Shown piece by piece: positions 53,387-64,000 of a stretch of DNA of 64,000 nucleotides. This DNA is from Octopus vulgaris (lineage: Eukaryota). The notes under the pieces were generated by a model that did not search any database, had not been told where the DNA came from, and worked only from the letters and a program-made list of their open reading frames with translations. The position numbers were made by a program, and so were the translations under genes. Position 1 is the stretch's first letter. Each line of letters begins with the position of its first letter. The DNA lies in the NCBI GenBank assembly GCA_951406725.2, contig OX597826.1, positions 12,338,001-12,402,000 of the forward strand. The letters run 5' to 3'.

Positions 53387-53699
53387 TATATTGAAAAAAC
53401 ATTATTAATAATGTGGGATTTGTATGATAAACGGTGAAAAAAATACAGGCGTGTGCCCTTGAATGTGTCTGCTTCTGTATGTACTTCTACACTCACTTGG
53501 ATTATTAATATTATGTTTTTTCTACATTCATTACTCTCTATATAGAATGTTAATCCTTTGTGCAACGACGTTTTAATACCATGAAACAGGAAAGCCATTG
53601 TTGATGCGAAGATTTATTGTGTTAGAAAATAAAATTATTTAAAAGTAACTTATATATTACCTGTATAATGGTGCAGGTTACACTTCCAAATATTTCAAT

Positions 53700-54500
53700 A
53701 GATGTTTCTTTCTGAATTGAAGTCCACAATGAAAAAGGTTTCCTTCATTTAGATTTGAAAATAATTAACAATCCCTTGCCTGTTCCAGTGCGAAGGGGAT
53801 TGTTGAAGCACACGCATGCCTGACTGGCTGTTCCAACAGGTAATAAGTCTCTTTTTATTATGTTATCAAAAAAACCTGTTGCTCCGATGATATCTGGTCT
53901 AACTTCCACTTTTGCTGCCGGGTATATCCACTTTCATCACATTTACTCTTTTAATTCAGTATATTTCAAAATTTTTTTTCAATTCTTTGTCTCTAATGTT
54001 TTTGCCTGAAGGAATTGTAATGTCTATTATTATAAGTATTTCTCTTTTTATATAACGTATAATAATACATCTTCGGTATTCAGTTGTTCTGTCTGTCTGA
54101 GTATCGAAATATATAGAATTTTTGGTTTATCCAGTTTGTTTAGAGCCTTTTCTGGTATATGATTGCACAACCTTTTTCAAGTATTGAATCTATATTTTTT
54201 TTTGCAATGTGATTCGCATGAAGACAAAATGTATCATGATTTCGTTTATTTTCTTTCTGAGCTAATACCTTTTAGCCTGCTGCATACGATCAATATCTTT
54301 TCCTTGGTGAGTATATAGGCAGCACTTGTTTGTCGAAGCAGTTGAATAAATACACCTATTTATTAGATTATTATTTTTGAGCTTGATATTCGACAACCGC
54401 CAGTAAACTCACCGTTTCTCTGTAACTCGTTCTAGATTAATGTTTTGTCACATTCTTGGTGCCTCTGCCATATGATACAGTCCATATAACTTCAATCCTT
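53700..54500 (-). mobile_element. Possible degenerate RLE-type non-LTR retrotransposon
   Basis: YILSSCESH (HILSxC-like) near 54230 and VRPDII near 53900 on the minus strand. Confidence 0.35.
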
Positions 54501-54645
54501 TTAGATCTTTATTTCTTTCAAAACTTATCCTGATTTGATGCGCTTTCTTCTCTACCATTTCAATACTAGCAAGTTCCTGTTGATTCTGACTAATAACTCA
54601 TGGAGTGACACGAGTTTCTCTTGCACAGGTCAGCTATAGTAGAAA

Positions 54646-54789
54646 TCACTTGTCCAAGGTGTCATGCAGAGACTGAAGCTGAAACCATGTGATAGGAAAG
54701 CAAGCTTCTTTAGCACAGCCATTTATTCTTTTCCTTGTTTCAGTCATTTGACTGCGGCCATGCCAGAGCACCGCCTTTAGTTGAGCAAA
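54646..54789 (-). mobile_element. SINE-A fragments (one head piece and one tail piece)
   Basis: GTTTCAGTCATTTGACTGCGGCCATG..CACCGCC is the reverse-complement tail. Confidence 0.7.
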
Positions 54790-54807
54790 ACAAATTCGTC
54801 ATATATA

Positions 54808-55094
54808 TGGTTAGGGCAGCGGACTCGCGGTCGTAGGATCGCGGTTTCGATTCCCAGACCGGGCGTTGTGGGTTTTTATTGAGCGAAAACACCTAAAAGC
54901 TCCACGATGCTCCGGCAGGAGGTGGTGATACCTGCTGTACTCTTTCAACACTCTTTCTCTCACTCTTTCTTCTGTTGGCCTGCTCGCTTACCAGCGGGGT
55001 GGCGTCATTCGAAGGCTAAAACAATGCAAACGCATTGTGACCAGCGATGTGTAACTACATCCGATAGACTGGTCAGTCACGTGATCATGTGATA
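54808..55094 (+). mobile_element. SINE-C tail type 2
   Basis: Homologous to 9376-9675. Confidence 0.85.
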
Positions 55095-55340
55095 TATGTG
55101 TATATGTATGTATGTGTGAATGTATGTATGCATGTATATATGCATGTATGTATATATATGTATGTGTATGTATGTATATATATATATGAGTATTTATATG
55201 TATATATGTATATACATGTATATATATGTATATGTATATATATATGTATGTATATATATACACATACATATATATATACATATATATATGTATGTATATA
55301 TATGTGTGTAGGTGTGTGTATCTGGACATGTATGTATATA

Positions 55341-55397
<57 letters not shown>

Positions 55398-55414
55398 ATA
55401 TATAGATATATTTG

Positions 55415-55447
<33 letters not shown>

Positions 55448-55464
55448 GTGTGGGTGTATGTGTT

Positions 55465-55514
<50 letters not shown>

Positions 55515-55960
55515 CATGTGTAATGTTGCCCGATTCAGCTTAAACTATATCATTATCATATTATCGTATTAAGCAATGTTTAACACCTTCAATTATAACT
55601 GGCGGTGATAAGACAAATGCTGCAATAGAAGTCCCGGGAGAAAATTCTTCATTTAGACTTGTGTAAACACTCCATTATTTTCGACTGTGTCTGACGTCAT
55701 TAACTCATAGAACGCATGTATTCCTTCGTCGTTCTGCTTCGATTGCTACGAAACTTGAGAATATGCCAATGGTAACATATTGTTCCGTCTCTCTTGGACG
55801 AGTAGGAAACACATCTGAAAGCTTATGCCTTGCCAATCCAATATCAGGGATTAACAAAATATGTATATTTAAGAAAATAGATAACGAAGCGCAGACATCA
55901 CAGATATCTGTGGAAGACGTTAAAACGTAAGATCAGTAGCAGGTGTTTCCGCTAAATTAC

Positions 55961-56244
<284 letters not shown>

Positions 56245-56267
56245 TATATATATATATATATATATAT

Positions 56268-56439
56268 CTGTCGAGAGTCACAGATGAACCTACCTCACGG
56301 CAAGAGGTGCAAATGAGGGTAGCTATATCAAACTCCATTCTTCATCAAGTACCACATATTAGAGGAGGCTCCTAGTAATAACAGTGTAGCGCAAAATGGC
56401 GGTGCATCAGCATGGCCGCAGCTCCGAGGTGGATCTAAA

Positions 56440-56440
<1 letters not shown>
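56268..56440 (+). mobile_element. Extreme 3' end of another CR1-clade LINE
   Basis: [27 protein letters not shown] resembles FLQEIPDKP..NNSLLEW; 3'UTR GGCGGTGCATCAGCATGGCCGCAGCTC. Confidence 0.6.
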
Positions 56441-56495
<55 letters not shown>

Positions 56496-56543
56496 TTTAT
56501 ATACGTGTATACTTGTTAATGTACACACATACATACGCACGCA

Positions 56544-56592
<49 letters not shown>

Positions 56593-57173
56593 GTATATAT
56601 ATATATACACGTGTACATACTCAATTTTAATGTTGTATAAATTCAATTATCCAAATACAAGGGAGTACCATTGGCTTATTTCAATCAATCTCAAGCAAAT
56701 GCGAATACATCCAACGTAATATATTCGACGGAGGAAACAAACATTTACGCATCGTTGTGGAAGACTGCAGGCAGCGGATGTGAATACTTTATTCAACATC
56801 TGCCAACAAGACAAACTTTATGGACAGCTGCTGTGAAACATATAAAAGTCCTACAAACATTATAAATTTTCGTTTTATGTATCATCTTTGGCAGACTTTG
56901 ATATGCCAATATTTTAAGTAATAATGGCTAAACTAGACCTTTTAGAAAAACAAATAGAGAAATATACATGTGATCGTTTCCTGAATTCCATCATGTTATG
57001 CTACTGCTAATACTTTTCACATGTGTGCATATATATATATGTATATATACATATATACACAACTTATAAACAAGGGCAATTTTAACCTTTAAAGGTATTT
57101 TAATATGCAGCCACTATTTTGATGAAATTTTTTTCTGTAAAAAAACTTCATCCTATATTAGTAGTATACATAT

Positions 57174-57230
<57 letters not shown>

Positions 57231-57371
57231 TACATATATACATACATATATATATATATAGATATATATATACATATATATATTTATATATATATATATA
57301 TATACATACATACATACATATATATATATATAGATATATATATACATATATATATTTATATATATACATAT

Positions 57372-57406
<35 letters not shown>

Positions 57407-57414
<8 letters not shown>

Positions 57415-57660
57415 GAAATGAAGTACTCAGAAAATTGGATGGTTTATATTTACAGATATTTATTTGAATATTACATTTTTTTTATATATATATCATATCA
57501 TTTAGATCATTAGCGCTTTCTCGTTTTCAAAACCCCACTTGAATGGGAGAAAGCGCTAATGATGAAAGTGACATGATATATATATAAAAAATGTAATATA
57601 CAAATAAATATCTGTAAATATAAACCATCCAATTTTCTGAGTACCTCAATTCTTCTAATA
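57407..57660. repeat. Inverted repeat with ~115-bp arms
   Basis: 57407-57522 vs 57547-57660. Confidence 0.9.
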
Positions 57661-57690
57661 TATAATGCCTGTACATCATTTCCAAACCTT

Positions 57691-57768
<78 letters not shown>

Positions 57769-57787
57769 GTTTGTAATATATAATTTT

Positions 57788-58118
57788 CACTTCTTTCAGT
57801 CATTGGCCGGTGTCCATGCTGGAGCACCAGATTTAGTCGAACAAATCGAACCCAGGACTTATTCTTTGTAAGCCTAGTACTTATTCTATCGGACATAAAC
57901 ATACCAGCATCGATTATCAAGTGATGTTGGGGAGACAAACACAGACAGACACACATATACACACACATACATATATATATATACATATATAAGACGGGCT
58001 TCTTTCAGTTTCCGTCTAACAAATCCACCCACAATTGCCCAAGGTGCCACGCAGTGGGACTGAACCCGGAACCCTGTGGTTCGTAAGCAAGCTACTTACC
58101 ACACAGCCATTCCTACGC
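57788..58118 (-). mobile_element. SINE-A with internal deletions
   Basis: Reverse complement of head and tail motifs. Confidence 0.8.
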
Positions 58119-58206
58119 ATATACATATAAATATATACATATACATATATATACACATATAAATGTATGTGTGTGTATGTGTATATATTATATATACATA
58201 GGTATA

Positions 58207-58271
<65 letters not shown>

Positions 58272-58273
58272 GT

Positions 58274-58339
<66 letters not shown>

Positions 58340-59055
58340 TGTGTGTGTGTACATAAATATACAGATATACATATATGGTGATATTGCTATACATTCATTA
58401 GCATACCCATTGTCCCCGTTTAAAAATATTATACCTAATGATTAAACGTAAATGGTTTCCACTTAATTACTTTTCAAACCATTTATTTATAAAAAGAATT
58501 TTCAAAGCCCGAATATTTTAATTAGTGTAATGCTTTTGATGACAATATTAATAACACCGCAAAACTGAAGGTCACTTAATTTGAGAGAATTTTAGAGAAC
58601 TTATTTAAAACTTTATATTCGATATCGTACTTATTTAGTCAAGTGGAACTATGAAATCTAGTTGAGTATCTGTTATGTTGGGCAAGTGGAAAAGAATGTT
58701 CAGAGAACCGATCCAACTTTAGATTCTGTAATGGACTTATTTAAGTCTCAACGGTTTACGCTAGATATTCAGTGAACTTCGTCACTGCTGCAGTGAAGTT
58801 CGTCTATGAAACTGGTGTTCTAACCGCCATTGAGCCATTGATTAAGCTGGATGTGGAAATTTACTGAAAGACAGAACCGACCGATGCATTTACTGTTTCT
58901 TGATGGCGAACAGAAACTGAACGCCGTTGTCCTTTTGGTGGATGTTTATAGAAATATCATATGGAGATTGGCGTTACAAGCATAAAATTTCGAGTAAATT
59001 ATCTGACTCGTGTGTCGCAAAAATAGCGTTCATTTTCCTTAAAATCCTATGAAAC

Positions 59056-59220
59056 AGGTGCAGGAGTGGCTGTGTGGTAAGTAGCTTGCTTACCAACCAC
59101 ATTGTTCCGAGTTCAGTCCCACTGCGTGACACCTTGGGCAAGTGTTTTCTACTACAGCCTCGGGCCGACCAAAGCCTTGTGAGTGGATTTGGTAGACAGA
59201 AAATGAAAGAAGCGTGTCAC

Positions 59221-59276
<56 letters not shown>

Positions 59277-59507
59277 GTGTGTATGTATATTTTTGTCTGT
59301 GTTTTTCCCCCCAAAATCGCTTGACAACCGATGCTGGTGTGTTTACGTTCCCGTAACCTAGCGGTTCGGCAAATAGGGACCGATAGAATATGTACTGGGC
59401 TTACAAAGAATAAGTCCAGGGTCGATTTGTTCGACTAAAGGCGGTGCTCCAGCATGGCTGCAGTCAAATGGCTGAAACAAGTAAAAGAGTAAAAAAAGTA
59501 AAAGAGT
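59056..59507 (+). mobile_element. SINE-A full copy
   Basis: High similarity to 62-480. Confidence 0.85.
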
Positions 59508-60180
59508 GTAACAGCATTTAATTCCCTAAGAATTACGGCCACTTGTCGGAGGAGGATTGGTGGAAATTAAGTTTATTTGAGAAGGGGGAAATACCAGTTA
59601 TAGTTCATCAGCTGATACGCCAGGTGGCGACAATGTCATGGTATGAGCACGCATTTCTTGAAAATGAGTTGGTCTCTTTGAACAGCACAGATCTTAGAAA
59701 TATGAATATATTTCCATTCATCAAGACTCATCTGAGCTGCTCTGAGATTTTACGACCCAAACTATAGCACAGAGATAACCAAGTAATTCATCAAAGCATG
59801 GAAGCACATTTGCTACATTATAATCAGATAGAAAACTTATCGAAATGAGTCGACATGGTTATACAACAATGAAATCCAGAAAATTGAGTGAATTGTATGA
59901 CTAGATAGCCAATAAAATAGGAATAGATTCCAGGTAGATTTTGCAGGGAGCTTAGATTCAAAAATTCATAGACAAGAATCCGTTTTGAGATATTTCCAAT
60001 GAGAGAGCAAGTTTTAGTAGTATTTGATATTATCCTTATATTGTTTTTGCAAACAGTTATATTAAATACTCTTAAATTAAATGGCGTTAATTTGTGTGAT
60101 ATTTCTGAGTCAGTCAATAACTGCTCTAGGATAATTATATTATATTTTTATTTAAACTTAAATTATATTAAATCTAAAAA

Positions 60181-60240
<60 letters not shown>

Positions 60241-60296
60241 CGGAGATGTACTCGCATAGCAAGTAATTTGATCTGAGATCGTGTGCTGAAACGAAA

Positions 60297-60479
60297 ACAA
60301 TTGCCGCGTGGAAGGTGTTTATAAGCCATTTAAGAAACACACAAAAGCCGTTCAATTTTTGTCAGTGAACAGGTCGCGGATTTTAGCGACGAAAATATTT
60401 TGACAAATTAAACTTAAATGTTGAAGTGCTTTTGTGTGTTTCTTAAATGACTTATAAACACCTTCCACGCTGCAATTGT
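60297..60479. repeat. Inverted repeat with 52-bp arms (possible MITE remnant)
   Basis: 60297-60348 vs 60428-60479, about 2 mismatches. Confidence 0.85.
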
Positions 60480-60498
60480 ATATATATATTATATTTTA

Positions 60499-60545
60499 TC
60501 TAGTTTCAGCTCACGAGCTGTGGCCATGCTGGGGCACCGCCATTC
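60499..60545 (-). mobile_element. Isolated CR1/SINE-A-type 3' tail
   Basis: Minus strand GGCGGTGCCCCAGCATGGCCACAGCTCGTGAGCTGAAACTAGA. Confidence 0.7.
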
Positions 60546-61833
60546 AAATATATATAACATTTCCTTTCTTGTCACATACAGCATGAGTCCTGAAAGGCTA
60601 AATAGATATTTTTTTAATATCAGGATTATGACCTAGTCTTAAATTTGATGACACACCTATTCCCCACTTCTTCCTTCTCTCTCTCTCTCTCTTACTCTCT
60701 CTTTCTTTCTTTCTCCCCCCCCTCTCTCTCTCTCTGCCTACGCGCAAACACGCCCGTGCGTATGGGCATTTAAGACATTAATAAAATTGAGACTTTTACG
60801 ACCGATTCCTACAGTGAGGTCACAGACACACCAACGTTTAGATTTCAGATTTTGGTACATACCCCATATTAAAAGGAATATCCCATTTAATATGGCAAGA
60901 TGTATATGTTTAACAGTTACGGGCTCAAGCAGAACTTTTAAAAGCAAAAATATCTACAACACTTAAAAAATCATGCTATAACAAAGGCGAAAAAGATAAT
61001 CTGTAGAGCTTTTACAGAGATGATCAGTAGATTATCTGTACAGATGATACGCAGCTTATAGAGAAACCATTACAATGAGCAGGAAGAGAAAGGCGGTCCC
61101 TATATAAACATTTTTCTGTTTTTTAGGAGCAAGAGCTCATAACGTCATACATTTGGTCAAATGATATTTTCAAATTGCACCAATTTTACTCCAATCAGTA
61201 ATTAAAGAATCACAAATTAACAGCCGAAGACACTCACTGAATATTAAAAGACTCTTAAACGAAAGCGGTATTCACATGAGAAGATTAAATATTCAGGTAA
61301 AAAAAAAATGCTGTAATCTTCGTTGTGAGATGTGTGAATTAACTGAATAAAGTATAACCAAAAGAGAAATTGAAGGTTAATGAAAATATGAATTGAGAAG
61401 CAACAAATGTCATTTACTGTTACACCACATACCCACAATGCAATGAGAATTATATCAGGCAAATGGGATCAAAATTAATACATCAGGATAAGGTACATGT
61501 GCAAGAATACAGAGGTTTATTCTTAGTAATGTTCCATGTAGGGAAAATCTGAACATTCGTGCTTACAGAAAATTCAAAATATTACATTTTTCAAAACAAA
61601 GGCAGAAAATGATCTGCTACGAAAGGCAAAAGAGAAATACTAAGTCTTGAATTCTAAATCTAAATGCGAATCGAAACCAGATATGTTCAACGTTGCTCCT
61701 CCACACCCGCCATCACACAAAAAGAAAGAACTACCTTTATACGGATTACCTCATAACGTGCTTTTAGCACTTAACGCAAAATATACCGAAAGGTTTGTGT
61801 CATTCTGGTTTTTAAGATTTTTATAAAATATAA

Positions 61834-62268
61834 CAGGCGCAGGAGTGGCTGTGTGGTAAGTAGCTTGCTAGCCAACCACATGGTTCCGGGTTCAGTCCCA
61901 CTGCGTGGCATCTTGGGCAAGTGTCTTCTGCTATAGCCCCGGGCCGACCAATGCCTTGTGAGTGGATTTGTTAGACGGAAACTGAAAGAAGCCTGTCGTA
62001 TATATGTATATTTATATATATGTGTGTGTATGTGTTTGTGTGTATGTGTTTGTGTGTCTGTGTTTGTCTCCCTAGCATTGCTTGACAACCGATGCTGGTG
62101 TGTTTACGTCCCCGTCACTTAGCGGTTCGGCAAAAGAGACCGATAGAATAAGTACTGAGCTTACAAAGAATAAGTCCCGGGGTCGATTTGCTCGACTAAA
62201 AGGCGGTGCTCCAGCATGGCCGCAGTCAAATGACTGAAACAAGTAAAAGAGAGTAAAAGAGAGAGTGA
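61834..62268 (+). mobile_element. SINE-A full copy
   Basis: High similarity to 62-480. Confidence 0.85.
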
Positions 62269-62449
62269 GTAACATTTTATTTTTGTTCTTTGTCTTTGGC
62301 CAGTAAGTATCGTTTCCTATTTGCTTCTATCAAGAAATCAAAGGAAATGACAATTATTTTGTAACATGGACACTCAATGTTTTGAAACTGATCTATTTTC
62401 CATTACTTTAGTGACAGATTCGGATCTGAGTTGCTGAGGCAAAAATATT

Positions 62450-62600
62450 GTTGTAGCAAATATTCTGCTCAATATCACTGATTTGCTTGTCAGTTGCTTG
62501 GCTTTAACCACTTCAACATATCCCTTGGTGGCTCACAATATGTGCATATCTGATCATGAGCAGGCGTAATGGGGAAGCATCATAGCCTTGTGCTAGGAGC
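62450..62600 (+). mobile_element. Diverged fragment of the (AAT)n-bounded element
   Basis: AGCAAATATTCTGCTCAATA..GATTTGCTTGTCAGTTG..GCATCATAGCC matches 30026-30158. Confidence 0.75.
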
Positions 62601-63741
62601 ATATTTAAAGAAATGTCACAGAAGCAAGTTTTGAAGAAAATATTAGCAATTTTCATACTTTCTTGGGGAAAGCGAATAGGAAATAACATTTGCTACCTAA
62701 GGACAAAAATCGTGTTACACACCGTAATTAATAATTCGTTTATGTATTTGGTTTGCTGAATTCTTGGTGTGAAAGTGTGAGTTGAAACAAATCTTTTTGT
62801 GTTTAGGGAGGGTCATTTTACCAACAAAATTAAAGTAAACACACGCACTGCTTCAATACCACTTCTTCCTTTTTACCAACTAAGTATTCAATGGTTTGTT
62901 TCCTGTGTTGATTGAATAAGTAATCGGTTGTTGGTTTTCTCTGTCAGACCCCATTCGTTACTATTCGCCACCTGGTTTGAGTCTGTCTGAGAACAATTCT
63001 TATGCTTATGTGTGTATGTGTGTGTATGTGTGTGTGTGTATGTATGCGTATGTAGATGTTTGAGGGTTTACTTATGCGTGTGTGTGTGGTATAGTCTGTT
63101 GCTTTTGAATAGGAAAGCGCCTGTGTACAAGCGTGTGCGTATTCTTGTCTCCAATGGACTACAGCACACTCAACAAACACATACACACACACACAATAAT
63201 ACATACGCGCAAACATCACCATACGCACAAACGTACCTACCAGGCTAACTAGCTACCTACCTACATACCTACCTATCTACCTACGTACCTACCTGCCTAC
63301 ATACATACATACATACATACATACATACATACATACATACATACATACATACATACATACATACATACATACATGCATGCATGCATGCATACATAAATAG
63401 GCATAGTACTAGTTCACAGTAGACCTTTAAGAGAGTGGACATGTCGGTCAAGATGCGGTCACAGATGGTGGCGAAAGGATTCTGACAGAGAAACCTACCA
63501 GGCGATTCATTGTTCGATCAACACATGAAACACACAGTTCGATAGTTAGTAAAACAGAGAAGTGATAATGAACCAGTGCGTGTCTTTATTTAAATTTTTA
63601 TTGGCATGATGACCCTCCTTCGACACAACATAATTTATAACTTTTAATTAAATCAAATGTTGTGACACTAATTTTTCTAAAACCTTTTTTAAATACTAAC
63701 CCACAAACATGCATACAAATATACACACCTGCATACATACA

Positions 63742-63775
<34 letters not shown>

Positions 63776-63777
63776 AA

Positions 63778-64000
63778 TAGGAATAGCTATGTGGTAAGGA
63801 GCTTGATTCCCAATCACATGGTTCCAGGTTCAGTCCCACCGTGTGACACCTTGGGAAAGTGTCTTCTACTATAGCCTTGTGAGTGGACTCGGTAGACAGA
63901 AACTGTCTGTGCTTGTGTGTGCGTGTGTGTGGTGTGTGGTGTGTGTGTGTGTGTATCTGTGTGCTTGCTTGTTCCCCTATCGTCACTTGAAAACCGATGT
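63778..64000 (+). mobile_element. SINE-A diverged copy running off the window end
   Basis: CACATGGTTCCAGGTTCAGTCCCAC..CCTTGTGAGTGG. Confidence 0.75.

Noticed and set aside
55600-55900. Possible ancient APE endonuclease remnant (DEGIHAFYE, minus strand)
   Set aside because: A single short motif is too weak to annotate.

Overview
This is AT-rich, repeat-saturated animal DNA, most consistent with an octopus/cephalopod genome (inferred from the SINE families and microsatellite load). No complete host gene is visible; there are only a few weak exon candidates. The window contains: four tRNA-derived SINE families (my labels A-D); three young 5'-truncated CR1-clade LINE copies, all inside (TA)n tracts; RTE, RLE-type (R2/R4-like) and Penelope-like remnants, several with hammerhead ribozyme motifs; mariner, Tc1 and piggyBac fossils; and a Merlin-like MITE in three copies that carries TTAGGG repeats. 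Most ORF-track entries are microsatellite artefacts. The best leads are: (1) a ~1.7 kb element encoding only a gag-like ORF1 (42971-45090, minus), inserted into a SINE-B tRNA head with an apparent ~17-bp TSD and sharing a covarying 3' hairpin with all SINE-B tails; (2) a covarying two-hairpin 3' signal shared by CR1 LINEs and SINE-A; (3) a tRNA-headed element with a hammerhead core, and a Penelope fold-back with a minimal hammerhead. All alignments and folds were done by eye.
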